Below, in pieces: positions 22,285-34,934 of a stretch of DNA of 43,680 nt. The notes below the pieces were generated by a model. That model saw nothing but the letters and a program-made list of their open reading frames with translations, had not been told where the DNA came from and searched no databases. Location: contig NIVC01004507.1 of NCBI GenBank assembly GCA_002269645.1, positions 1-43,680 on the forward strand, in the 5' to 3' direction. The translations under genes were made by a program, and so were the position numbers. Origin of the DNA: Macrostomum lignano (Eukaryota). The first letter of the stretch is position 1. Every line of letters starts with the position of its first letter.

Positions 22285-24399
22285 ATGTTTAAAAAACTGC
22301 GCCAAAAGATTGAAGAAACTGATGGAATTAAGAAGGTAAGCCAGCATATTTTAATTTTGTTATCTTTATCTGGACAATTTTTATTATCCCAACGTAATTA
22401 TCTTGATACTAAGTCATTAACTCGTCTGTATGCATGTATCATACCAAAAGGTTAGCAAAATGAGAATGATTGATTGATTGCCTACTTATTGCATTGGCTT
22501 AGACTAGGGACAAGGTCTAGGTCTATATTTTTATTTCTACTTTGATAAATTTGCCCAAAGTATGTTAAAATTATTGTTTAGCTAAAATTGTTATAGGCCT
22601 ATAATATTGTATAAAATTTTTATAAATCTAAAGATTAAATAATATATTAATAGCAATATAATTTGTAGGCCTATTTTATTATTCTACATTGATACTATCT
22701 ATTGCTATTTTTAAAAATGTTTGTTTGATCTATTGTATGCATTATAAAGCTTATTGGCCATAGTTTATTAGGCAACATATATGCCAAGATTTCCTGGTAT
22801 ATAACAAGGGTACTTATTAGCAAAACTACAGCTTATTCCAATTCTCCGTATTCCATAGCCATAGGGACCCTGAAATTACCATATTCCCATAGTTCCCATA
22901 TGGCCATAGCCATATCTGTAGTTTTAACAAAAGTCTAAAAAACGAAATATTTTGAATCAAGAAGATAACCTAGTGCTTAAACAACTGCAAATTAAATTAG
23001 AAAATAAAAGAAACGCTTGATTGCCTTTGTAAGATTATATTTCATCTTTTTTCAGAGCAACAATACTTAATCGTTACTGAAAGTACTAATGCTAAACTTT
23101 TTCTTGTAAATAAATGTTAGAGTTTGCTATTGTTTTATTGTACTTTTTTAGTTATATTTTATAAGTTTCTAGGTTGATAATACAGTTTACTAAAAGTATC
23201 TTTGTTTTACTCTACCTGTTTCTAATATTTTTTTCAATTTTTGACATTAATACTTATGGCTATGGGAATCTACGGAATGTGACAGCAACTACCATATTTC
23301 TGTAATCGTAGCTGTAAGAGCAGCTAGCTGCCGTAGACACCTATTTTACTGTATTTGCTATAGGATCCCATAGCCGTAGCTACGGCTATGGGGGAACACT
23401 AGTACTTATCATTTTTCAGCATATATTAGCATATATCCTAGATGCAGGGGCAGATTTAGGGGGGAGATAGGGAGGGGGTAGCCCCCCAAAAATAGCTTGA
23501 CCAAACATATTGTACACCCCAAAAACCTAAATTTGCACCCCTCTAAACTTGATTTTTCACTCCCCAATGCCTTTTTATGCCCCTAAAAAACCTAGGGATT
23601 TTTGTTAAGCCAAGCATTAAAAGAAGAGTTTTAAAGTTAAGGCTATAGCTTAAAAGGAGGCTTTGATATCACTATATCAAAAGGGATACTTATATCTTAT
23701 AATAAATACTAGGTTATTCAGTTCAAGGCTAATGATTTTTGTTTAAAATATTTAAAAAAAATAACAATTATGACCTATATGTAGATAAGGTTAAAAGCTA
23801 TGTTTATAGTTATCTATTGATATTAAAAAAATATTAATTTTTTGTTGCCACTTCAATAGCCAATAAAGATTTGCTAGTAACTTCTAAAAGCATTAATAAA
23901 TATCTAATTATCAAAATATAATTTCTATTTAAAAAGCTTCAGATTAGCATATTTACATAGGTACCTATTTCATAGCCATAGCAGTAATTATAGTGGACCG
24001 CTACTAAATACATAATCAAACAGGCAAGCGACTCTCTGCTAGGCAAGTACATGAGTCCAGGCTCTGGTCAGCAAGCGGAAGCTACATCACTGGGCTCCGA
24101 GTCGCCAGCTTTCTCCACAGCTTCCTCTACGCCGCATCAGCTCTCAGCAGCGGCGCCAGCAAAGTCGCGCTCTCGACAGTCTTCAATTGGTTCTGCTGTT
24201 AGTGAAACTCCTTCATCTGTTGCTGCGGCTGCTGCTGTTACTGCGGGGACTGGCGAGGCGTCAGCGACTGCGGCAGCCGCCTCGGCGCTGGAGTCTCTGA
24301 GCCGGCCGGAGCTGCTGCAGCGGTTGAGTCACGCGCAGTCGCTGGCCCGTCGTTACAAGGCTCGCCTGTTCGAAGCTGACAATCGGCTGCGCGATGTCT

Positions 24400-24440
<41 letters not shown>

Positions 24441-27400
24441 CATCTGCTGCCGAAACTGGCTGCTCGCGATCGGCTGATTGACTCACTGAAATTGCAGGTG
24501 CGAGTGTCCGACTGGCTGCTCTTGCATTGTCACTCATATAATTTGCATTGTCACTCATATAATTTGCATTGTCACTCTTATCTCACTTGCATTGTCACTC
24601 TTATCTCACTTGCATTGTCACTCTTATCCCACTTGCATTGTCACTCTTATCTGACTTGCATTGTCACTCTTATCCCACTTGCATTGTCACTCTTATCTAA
24701 CTTGCATTGTCACTCTTATCTCACTTGCATTAGCACTCTTATCTCACTTGCATTTTCACTCTCATCTGACTTGCATTGTCACTCTTATCTCACTTGCATT
24801 AGCACTCTTATCTCACTTGCATTTTCACTCTCATCTGACTTGCATTGTCACTCTTACCTGTGACAATGCTATTAGCTTTGGACGAAAACCGGCAGAAATC
24901 CCTCTGATCCCTTGCCTTTCTCCAGTCCAAACTGCTATCCGAAGGCCGTCCGGTGCCTGACGATTTGCTGGCCGGGATTGTCCAAGCTGAATCGGAAGTA
25001 GCCGAGCTGACTGAGGAGACCCCGGCCGCCGACTTGAAGCAGAAAGCATCGAACGGTGACAGCAGCTTGGCGAAGTCTGATCATCGAGATCGCGAGGAGT
25101 CTGCGGAGAAGCTGCGTATGGAAATCCAACAGCTTAGAGAGCTGCTGGATGCTAAAGCTGTGAGCTCTAATTTATTAAACCCTACTGAAGGATCCGCCCT
25201 AATTTATTAAACCCTACTGAAGGATCCACCGGGAGACCAGCGGCCTTTAAAAGAGGACCCGTAGGGAGACCAGCGGCCTTTAAAAGAGGACCCGTAGGGA
25301 GACCAGCGGCCTTTAAAAGAGGACCCGTAGGGAGACCAGCGGCCTTTAAAAGAGGACCCGTAGGGAGACCAGCGGCCTTTAAAAGAGGACCCGTAGGGAG
25401 AACAGCGGCCTTTAAAAGAGGACCCGTAGGGAGACCAGCGGCCCTTAAAAGAGGACCCGTAAGGAGACCAGCGGCTTTTAAAAGAGGACCCGTAGGGAGA
25501 CCAGCGGCCTTTAAAAGAGGACCCGTAGGGAGACCAGCGGCCCTTAAAAGAGGACCCGTAGGGAGACCAGCGGCTTTTAAAAGAGGACCCGTAGGGAGAC
25601 CAGCGGCCTTTAAAAGAGGACCCGTAGGGAGACCAGCGGCTTTTAAAAGAGGACCCGTAGGGAGACCAGCGGCCTTTAAAAGAGGACCCGTAGGGAGACC
25701 AGCGGCCTTTAAAAGAGGACCCGTAGGGAGACCAGCGGCCTTTAAAAGAGGACCCGTAGGGAGACCAGCGGCTTTTAAAAGAGGACCCGTAGGGAGACCA
25801 GCGGCCCTTAAAAGAGGACCCGTAGGGAGACCAGCGGCCTTTAAAAGAGAACCCGTAGGGAGACCAGCGGCCTTTAAAAAAGAACCCGTAGGGTGACCAG
25901 CGGCCCTTAAAAGAGGACCCGTAGGGAGACCAGCGGCCCTTAAAAAGAGGACCCGTAGGGAGACCAGCGGCCCTTAAAAAGAGGACCCGTAGGGAGACCA
26001 GCGGCCCTTAAAAGAGGACCCGTAGGGAGACCCTGCTAAATAACCTGCTAACGCATTTAAGCATCCAATATATTTCCAAAGGCCGAGCTCAACGACCTGC
26101 AAAAGCAGTTGGCCTCGCTGCGCCGAACTGCCGCCTCCCCAGCTGCCGGCAGCAGCAGCGGCAGCGACCCCGACGCCTCGGCATTGGAGGGCCGCCTGCG
26201 CGACGCCGAAGCCAAACTGGCGGCGGCTGAGCAGCGGCACCGCGACGAGAGGGCCATCGCTGCCGAGGAGGCGGCCGCCGGCAAGCGGCGGTTGAAGCAA
26301 CAACTGGCTGAGCTGCAGCAGCAGCTGCATGCGAGAGAGCGCGAGGCGGCGCTTAAGGTTTGGACTCGAGACGTAGAAAAGTCTGCGCAGTTTGATATTT
26401 CAGATGGTTTTTAGGGGCTTTAGTACCAGGGGCTTTAGTACCAGGGGCTTTAGCACCAGGGGCTTTAGCCAAGGGGCTTTAGCACGAGGGGCTTTAGCAC
26501 GAGGGGCTTTAGCCAAGGGGCTTTAGCACGAGGGGCTTTAGTACCAGGGGCTTTAGCACCAGGGGCTTTAGCCAAGGGGCTTTAGCACCAGGGGCTTTAG
26601 CCAAGGGGCTTTAGCACGAGGGGCTTTAGTACCAGGGGCTTTAGCACGAGGGGCTTTAGTACCAGGGGCTTTAGCACCAGGGGCTTTAGCCAAGGGGCTT
26701 TAGCACCAGGGGCTTTAGCCAAGGGGCTTTAGCACGAGGGGCTTTAGCACGAGGGGCTTTAGCACGAGGGGCTTTAGTACCAGGGGCTTTAGCACCAGGG
26801 GCTTTAGCCAAGGGGCTTTAGCACCAGGGGCTTTAGCCAAGGGGCTTTAGCACGAGGGGCTTTAGCCAAGGGGCTTTAGCACGAGGGGCTTTAGTACCAG
26901 GGGCTTTAGCACGAGGGGCTTTAGTACCAGGGGCTTTTTAAAATTTTTTTATTAGAGACAGGGGGGTTGTGTGCACCCTGGCGCACTTTAAGCGACATCA
27001 ACACACAAACGGCGAGAGGCATTTATTGCCCATTCCGCCGACTCCCCTGAGCAGGCACACAAGCGCGCGGATACGTACGCAGGCAGACACTCACACAGGA
27101 GTGTACAGCGGCCCTAACTTTATTTTATCGTTAGGCATGTACACTTCACTGCGCCTTGGGGGGTTGGCTCTCAAGGCCGTTAATTGCACGAGCAGAGCCA
27201 AGCCGAGATTCCAATTCAGCCCAAAATTAATGTGACTGCACTTGGAATCGAGTCTGGGTCGCTGGCACACCAGAGCCTGCGCTAGACCGCTGGGCAACGC
27301 CCCCCCTTGCACCAGGGGCTTTAGCCAAGGGGCGCCGTAGTTTTTGCCTCCTCCCTCTAGGCTACGTCCCAGATTGTTGATCCTAAATTTCGAGTTTCGC

Positions 27401-30400
27401 TTCCCCAGGACTCGACCGGGGCCACTCGCGAGTCGGAAATCCGCACCCTGAAGGAGCGTCTGGACAGTCGGCTGGCTAGCGAGAAGCGACTCCGCGAGGA
27501 GGTGAAAACGCGCAGCGCGGAGGCGACTACTCTGGCTGAGCAGCTGCGCGCCAGTCGTCAAGAGGCGGAGAGCCTGGCGTGCGAGTGCCGAGATCAGCGG
27601 CGCCAATTGGAGGCGGGGCTGTCCAGCCAGATTGAGCAGCTGGAGACGGAGCAGGCGGACAAGTTGAAAGCGGCTGCCAAAGAGTTTCAGGACCGGCTGG
27701 ACGCTAAGGAGCGCGAGTTTCAGGCCAAGTTTCAGGTTGGAGTTCTGGGATGGCCTGCGTACAATTTGGGGTGGTTGGTAGGGAGGGGTTGGTTTTCCCC
27801 TTGGCCTCCGTACAATATGGGGTGGGGTGGGGTTTCATCCGTGGCCTGCGTACAATTTGGGGTAGGTGGTGGGAGGTTCGTGTTCCTGCGTGCCGTGCGT
27901 GGCCTGCGTACAATTTGGGGTGGTTGGTGGGGAGGGGTTGGTGTTCCCGCGTGGCCTCCGTACAATATGGGGTGGGGTGGTTTTTTTTGCGTGGCCTGCG
28001 TACAATTTGGGGTGGCTGGTGGGGGGTTCGCGTTCCCGCGTGGCCTGCGTACAATAATGGGTGGGGTGGGATTTCATGCGTGGCCTGCGTACAATTTGGG
28101 GTGGTTGGTTGCGGGTTCGTGTTTCCCCCGTGGGCTGCGTACAATTTGAGGTGGGTGGTTGCGGGTTCGTGTTTCCCCCGTGGGCTGCGTACAATTTGAG
28201 GTGGGTGGTGGGTGGTTGGTGTTCCCGCGTGGCCTGCGTACAATTTGGGGTGGGTGGCAGGGGGTTGGTGTTCTCGCGTGGCTTGAGTACAATTTGGCGT
28301 GGGTGGTAGGGGGTTGGTGTTCCCGCGTGGCCTCCGTACAATTTGGGGGTGGGTGGTGGGGTTGGGGTTCCCATTTGGACTGCTTACAATTTGGGTTGGG
28401 TAGCGAGGGAGTTTTTTTCCGCGTGGCCTCGATACAATACGGGGCGGGTAGCGGGGGAATTGCTGACTTGCTTTTGCATCTTGAAAGCAGCTGGAATGCT
28501 GCTGCATCCTAATTAAGTTACAAGAGCAGCATTTGCGTCTCGAAGCATCTCAACGCAACAGAGTGGGGTAAAAAGCTACGTTTCTCCCGCCGCATGCAGC
28601 TGTGGAAATGCTGCTCTTACTGAATGTTGAACAGGAGAGGCGTAGTCCAAATGGGTAGGAATACGAGTTCAATTCCTGCAGCAACAACCTGAAACAACCA
28701 CACCAAAACGCTTAAAACTGCCACAGCTTATTAAAACATAGTATTAAATATTATATTAATTAATTTTCTCCCCCTCCTCAACCTCCGGTTCCCCAGGATG
28801 CGGTGGACCGGTTCCAGGAGGCGGAGAGCCGGGCCCGAGCCGCCCACCGGCTGGAGACTGACGAGCTGCTGCAGGGCCTGGAAGCCCGCGAGCTGGCCGA
28901 AGGCCGGCTGAGGCGCCAGCTGGAAGCGGCCGAAGCTGAGCGGGACGCCGCCCTGGCCGAGCTAAGCGCCAGCCAGTCTACCTCAGTCGAGGAAGTCGAA
29001 CGACTTCGCGCCGAACTCGCCGAAGCCGAGGCTGGCCGCTTGGCTGCGGAGTCGACTGTTGGCGAACTGCGCTCTCAGCTGGAGGCCGCCGCTGCCGCTG
29101 CCTCGACGGGGACGGCAGCTTCCGGCGCAAAAACTGGCGAAGGAGAAGTGTTGGCGGAGTCTGGAAAAGTAAGACTTGGCACAAAGTTATTTGCGCTACA
29201 TATCGGCTATTGTCTACAAAGTTATTTACGCTACATATCGTCTACTGTCTACAAAGTTATTTACGCTACATATCGTCTACTGTCTACAAAGTTATTTACG
29301 ATACATATCGGCCATTGTGTATATAAAATTATTTACGATACATATCGTCTATTGTCTACAAAGTTATTTACGATATATTTCGGCCATTGTGTATATAAAG
29401 TTATTTACGATACATATCGGCCATTGTGTATATAAAATTATTTACGATACATATCGTCTATTGTCTACAAAGTTATTTACGATACATATCGGCAATTGTA
29501 TCTATAAGTTATTTACGATACATATCGGTCATTGTGTATATAAAGTTATTTACGATACATATCGGCCATTGTGTATATCAAGTTATTTACGATACATATC
29601 GGCAATTGTATCTATAAGTTATTTACGATACATATCGGTCATTGTGTATATAAAGTTATTTACGATACATATCGCCTATTGTCTGTAAAGTTTTCTACGA
29701 TACACATAGTCTATTATAAATTCATTCAAGCTAAATATTGTCAGAAAGTAGGGCCTATTGCTTACCAAGGACCGCTAGTAGTAAAAAAAGTCTTATTCCG
29801 AAAAATGCAACAACCTTCTATGCAACATTTGCTTCGATACCAATTTATGCATTTTTACAGTGCCATTCAGACGCACTGGCTTTGCTGTGCCGAATTCAGG
29901 TACTCTTCTGATTGTATGGCGCAGTGTCTTTCCATAAATTCATGCCAACCTAACAAAACCGGTTTTGGGTGCAAATCTATGCACAGGAGGAATTGGAATC
30001 TGCGGTAAATCTTCCACTCGGAAATACGAGGACACACCCGCACCTGCTGTAGCTTTCCATTCTCACAAGCTTTTCTAAGAAAAAAACAATTCAAATTTCT
30101 CAATTCAAGGACGCTATCAAGTCTGCGTTATCGACTGAGAACAATGGCTCTCATTGGTTGCACGGCCTGGCTGGTCAAGTTGACGAACTCAGAACTGCTG
30201 CTGTGTAAGTGAAGCCGATTTTATCTATCTGAGTGCCTGTCAGTAAAGTACTTCATGCCCTACTTTTATTGCAGCGACGGCAGGCACACCGGGGACAGCG
30301 TTAGTGCTGAAGACTATGAGGCAGTCAAGATGTACGCTGCAGATCTGCAGGTGGGCATCTTGCGTTTCTTATTGCTTTAACCCATGCTATGTATTTTACC

Positions 30401-33400
30401 TGAATGGGACTGATTGATGGGGATTTGGATTGATGGGGGGAATGGGATTGATGGGGAATGAGATTGATGGGGATTGGGATTGATGGGGATTGGGATTGAT
30501 GGAGAGGATGGGATTGATGGGGGGAATGGGATTGATGGGAGAATGGGATTGATGGGGAATGGGATTGATGGGGATTGGGATTGATGGGGGAATGGGATTG
30601 ATGGGAGAATGGGATTGATGGGGAATGGGATTGATGGGGATTGGGATTGATGGGGGAATGGGATTGATGGGGGGAATGGGATTGATGGAGAGGATGGGAT
30701 TGATGGGGAATGGGATTGATGGGGGAATGGGATTGATGGGGGGAATGGGATTGATGGAGAGGATGGGATTGATGGGGAATGGGATTGATGGGGGAATGGG
30801 ATTGATGGGGAATGGGATTGATGGGGATTGGGATTGATGGGGGGAATGGGATTGATGGAGAGGATGGGATTGATGGGGAATGGGATTGATGGGTGTTATG
30901 ACTGAGGCTTTCGGAGGCTGAGGCTAAGGTTGTCGGATTTGCAGCTCGCAGCTGCCTAGTTACATGTATTTTCGCTCAGTTCTGAGCCGAGCTTTTCGAG
31001 CTCTCTTTTTTATATAACTTAACTTTTTAACGCATGCGCATAGTAGTTCAACTTAGAAAAATAAAGAGCAGCCTGTGCTCAAATTCATATCTATGGCCAA
31101 GCCATAGCAATGGGGAATGGGATTGATGGGGAATGGGATTGATGGGGAAAATGGGATTGATGGGGAAAATGGGATTGATGGGGGGAATGGGATTGATGGG
31201 GAAAATGGGATTGATGGGGGGAATGGGATTGATGGGGAAAATGGGATTGATGGGGAAAATGGGATTGATGGGGGGAATGGGATTGATGGGGAAAATGGGA
31301 TTGATGGGGGAATGGGATTGATGGGGAAAATGGGATTGATGGGGAAAATGGGATTGATGGGGGGAATGGGATTAATGGGGAATAGGATTGATGGGGGATG
31401 GGATTGATAGGGAGAATGGGATTGATGGGGGATGGGATTGATGGGGAATGGGATTGATGTGGGACTTTGATTTGAGATCGCGCTACTGCCTGCATACGGA
31501 GTCCCTCAATTACCCTCCACCGCACCCGACAGAAGCAGCTGATGAGCGTCAGCTCCGAGCTGTCCGAGCTTCGAACCCGCGGCCCCCAGCCGCCGCCCCC
31601 GCAGCCGCCAGCGCCGGTAGCCAGCAGCAGGCCCGACCGGCACAAGACCCGCGCATTCACCGACATTCCCGAGGTGGAATACCTGAGAAATGTGCTGTAC
31701 AAGTACATGCTCGGTGAGAAGACTCAGGTGAGTTTTCTTAGTTTTCATTTCTAACATAATGCTGAATTTAACTAATTTAGTAAAACAAAACATTCGCTTC
31801 CAGACCTTGGCCAGGGTGATCTGCACGGTGCTGAAGTTCACAGACTACCAAATTCAGCAGATCATGGACCACGAAGGCAAAAGGGCAGCGGTGAGTGTCG
31901 CTGAGAATTGGTTTTGTTTGGCTAGATTATCGAATCTCACTCTTCAAAGTCTCACTCTGCATGGTGTCCGATTTCAAAGTCTCACTCTGTATGGTGTCCG
32001 ATTTCAAAATCTCACTCTGTATGGTGTCCGATTTCAAAGTCTCACTCTGTATGGTGTCCGATTTCAAAATCTCACTCTATATGGTGTCTGATTTCAAAAT
32101 CTTACTCTGTATGGTGTCCGATTTCAAAGTCTCACTCTGTATGGTGTCTGATTTCAAAATCTCACTCTGTATGGTGTCTGATTTCAAAATCTCACTCCAT
32201 GTGGTGTCCGATTTCAAAATCTCTCTGTATGGTGTCCGATTTTAAAATCTCACTCTGTATGGTGTCTGATTTCAAAATCTCACTCTGTATGGTGTCCGAT
32301 TTCAAAATCTCACTCTGTATGGTGTCTGATTTCAAAATCTCACTCTGTATGGTGTCCGATTTCAAAATCTCACTCTGTATGGTGTCCGATTTCAAAATCT
32401 CACTCTGTATGGTGTCCGATTTCAAAATCTCACTCTATATGGTGTCCGATTTCAAAATCTCACTCTGTATGGTGTCTGATTTCAAAATCTCTCTGTATGG
32501 TGTCTGATTTCAAAATCTCTCTGTATGGTGTCTGATTTCAAAATCTCACTCTGTATGGTGTCCGATTTCAAAATCTCACTCTGTATGGTGTCTGATTTCA
32601 AAATCTCACTCTGTATGGTGTCCGATTTCAAAATCTCACTCTGTATGGTGTCCGATTTCAAAATCTCACTCTGTATGGTGTCTGATTTCAAAATCTCACT
32701 CTGTATGGTGTCCGATTTCAAAATCTCACTCTGTATGGTGTCCGATTTCAAAATCTCACTCTGTATGGTGTCCGATTTCAAAGTCTCACTCTGTATGGTG
32801 TCTGATTTCAAAATCTCACTCTGTATGGTGTCCGATTTCAAAATCTCACTCTGTATGGTGTCCGATTTCAAAATCTCTCTCTGTATGGTGTCCGATTTTA
32901 AAATCTCTCTCTGTATGGTGTCTGATTTCAAAATCTCACTCTGTATGGTGTCCGATTTCAAAATCTCTCTGTATGGTGTCTGATTTCAAAATCTCACTCT
33001 GTATGGTGTCTGATTTCAAAATCTCACTCTGTATGGTGTCCGATTTCAAAGTCTCACTCTGTATGGTGTCCGATTTCAAAGTCTCACTCTGTATGGTGTC
33101 CGATTTCAAAATCTCACTCTGTATGGTGTCCGATTTCAAAATCTCACTCTGTATGGTGTCTGATTTCAAAATCTCTCTGTATGGTGTCTGATTTCAAAAT
33201 CTCACTTTGTATGGTGTCTGATTTCAAAATCTCACTCTGTATGGTGTCCGATTTCAAAGTCTCACTCTGTATGGTGTCCGATTTCAAAGTCTCACTCTGT
33301 ATGGTGTCCGATTTCAAAATCTCACTCTGTATGGTGTCCGATTTCAAAATCTCACTCTGTATGGTGTCCGATTTCAAAATCTCACTCTGTATGGTGTCCG

Positions 33401-34934
33401 ATTTCAAAATCTCACTCTGTATGGTGTCCGATTTCAAAATCTCTCTGTATGGTGTCTGATTTCAAAATCTCACTCTGTATGGTGTCCGATTTCAAAATCT
33501 CACTCTGTATGGTGTCCGATTTCAAAATCTCACTCTGTATGGTGTCCGATTTCAAAATCTCACTCTGTATGGTGTCCGATTTCAAAATCTCTCTGTATGG
33601 TGTCTGATTTCAAAATCTCTCTGTATGGTGTCCGATTTCAAAATCTCACTCTGTATGGTGTCCGATTTCAAAATCTCTCTGTATGGTGTCTGATTTCAAA
33701 ATCTCACTCTGTATGGTGTCCGATTTCAAAATCTCACTCTGTATGGTGTCCGATTTCAAAGTCTCACTCTGTATGGTGTCCGATTTCAAAATCTCACTCT
33801 GCATGGGGTCTGATTTCAAAATCTCACTATGGTGTCTAATTTTAAAATCTCACTCTGTATGGTGTCTGATTTCAAAATCTCACTCTGTATGGTGTCTGAT
33901 TTCAAAATCTCACTCTGTATGGTGTCTGATTTCAAAATCTCACTCTGTATGGTGTCTGATTTCAAAATCTCACTCTGTATGGTGTCTGATTTCAAAATCT
34001 CACTCTGTATGGTGTCTGATTTCAAAATCTCACTCTGTATGGTGTCTGATTTCAAAATCTCACTCTGTATGGTGTCTGATTTCAAAATCTCACTCTGTAT
34101 GGTGTCTGATTTCAAAATCTCACTCTGTATGGTGTCTGATTTCAAAATCTCACTCTGTATGGTGTCCGATTTCAAAATCTCACCCTATATGGTGTCTAAT
34201 TTCAAAATTTCATTCTGCATGGTGTCTGATTTCAAAATCTCACTATGGGGTCTGATTTCAAAATCTCACTCTGCATGGGGTCTGATGTCAAAATCTCACT
34301 ATGGGGTCTGATTTCAAAATCTCACTCTGCATGGGGTCTGATGTCAAAATCTCACTATGGGGTCTGATTTCAAAATCTCACTCTGCATGGGGTCTGATGT
34401 CAAAATCTCACTATGGGGTCTGATTTCAAAATCTCACTCTGCATGGGGTCTGATTTCAAAATCTCACTCTGCATGGGATCTGATTTTAAAATCTCACTAT
34501 GGTGTCTAATTTTAAAATCTCACTCCATGTGGTGTCTGATTTCAAAATCTCACCTTATATGGTGTCCGATTTCAAAATATTATCTTACTACAAACTTATT
34601 AATCTCCACAATGTTTGTACTTTAGCACACATGTCTATATTCGAATGTCTTTATAAAACTTAGGCATTAAATTGAATTGACCACACTGGCACAGAGGTAT
34701 ATTTGATTCACACTCTACTTAACCCGACAGATGCATGTTCCGTGAAGGTAAACCTAGCCCAAGTCTATGTTTGCATTCAGAATAATTATTTTTTCCGGTG
34801 TTTGGGTTGCTTTTGTTATACCGAATTTGCTTGGTGATTGGTTTATTTTAACAAAAAAATATTGAATTTTACTGATATTTGATGAGCAAATTAACTACCC
34901 TTTTCAATTTCAGAATTGGCTAGTAACGCCTTGA
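22285..34934 (+). CDS. GOLGA4: GRIP-domain golgin (golgin-245/GOLGA4-like), ~735 aa, 11 exons
   Basis: Phase-compatible GT-AG exons: 22285-22335, 24024-24497, 24926-25159, 26082-26357, 27409-27735, 28797-29168, 30110-30204, 30275-30350, 31533-31727, 31804-31890, 34914-34934. N-terminus MFKKLRQKIEE resembles GOLGA4 MFKKLKQKI. Coiled-coil body. GRIP domain EYLRNVLYKYMLGEKTQTLARVICTVLKF followed by terminal NWL. Confidence 0.88.
23367..23402 (+). mobile_element. Probable Helitron 3' terminus
   Basis: Perfect 26-bp palindrome CCCATAGCCGTAGCTACGGCTATGGG (23367-23392), followed 6 nt later by CTAG|T (23399-23403), the canonical Helitron 3' signature. 5' end not identified. Confidence 0.55.
23445..23600 (+). 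mobile_element. Single MITE-like terminus (CAGGGGCAGATTTAGGGGG), possibly PIF/Harbinger-type
   Basis: Resembles AGGGGCGGAT-type MITE ends, followed by GCACCCC boxes. No matching opposite end found. Confidence 0.3.
24510..24860. repeat. 23-bp intronic minisatellite (CACTTGCATTGTCACTCTTATCT)
   Basis: Tandem array filling golgin intron 2. Confidence 0.95.
25230..26032. repeat. 33-bp intronic minisatellite (GGGAGACCAGCGGCCTTTAAAAGAGGACCCGTA)
   Basis: Tandem array filling golgin intron 3. Confidence 0.96.
26413..26936. repeat. 15-bp intronic minisatellite (GGGGCTTTAGCACCA variants)
   Basis: Tandem array in golgin intron 4, with a stray continuation at ~27308-27333. Confidence 0.96.
27745..28440. 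repeat. G-rich ~46-50-bp intronic minisatellite (GTGGCCTGCGTACAATTTGGGG core)
   Basis: Degenerate tandem array in golgin intron 5. Confidence 0.92.
29185..29700. repeat. AT-rich 35/37-bp intronic minisatellite (AAAGTTATTTACGATACATATCG core)
   Basis: Tandem array in golgin intron 6. Confidence 0.93.
30408..31460. repeat. G-rich 14-16-bp minisatellite (GGGATTGATGGGGAAT), split by a unique ~215-bp island at 30892-31108
   Basis: Two blocks of the same unit in golgin intron 8. Confidence 0.93.
31930..34575. repeat. 30-bp intronic minisatellite (GATTTCAAAATCTCACTCTGTATGGTGTCC), ~2.6 kb
   Basis: Homogeneous tandem array in the last golgin intron, with occasional 28-bp units. Confidence 0.97.

Noticed and set aside
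31895-34625. Many long repetitive ORFs; regular array resembling a CRISPR
   Set aside because: 30-bp unit without stops in some frames and no unique spacers; it is an intronic minisatellite.
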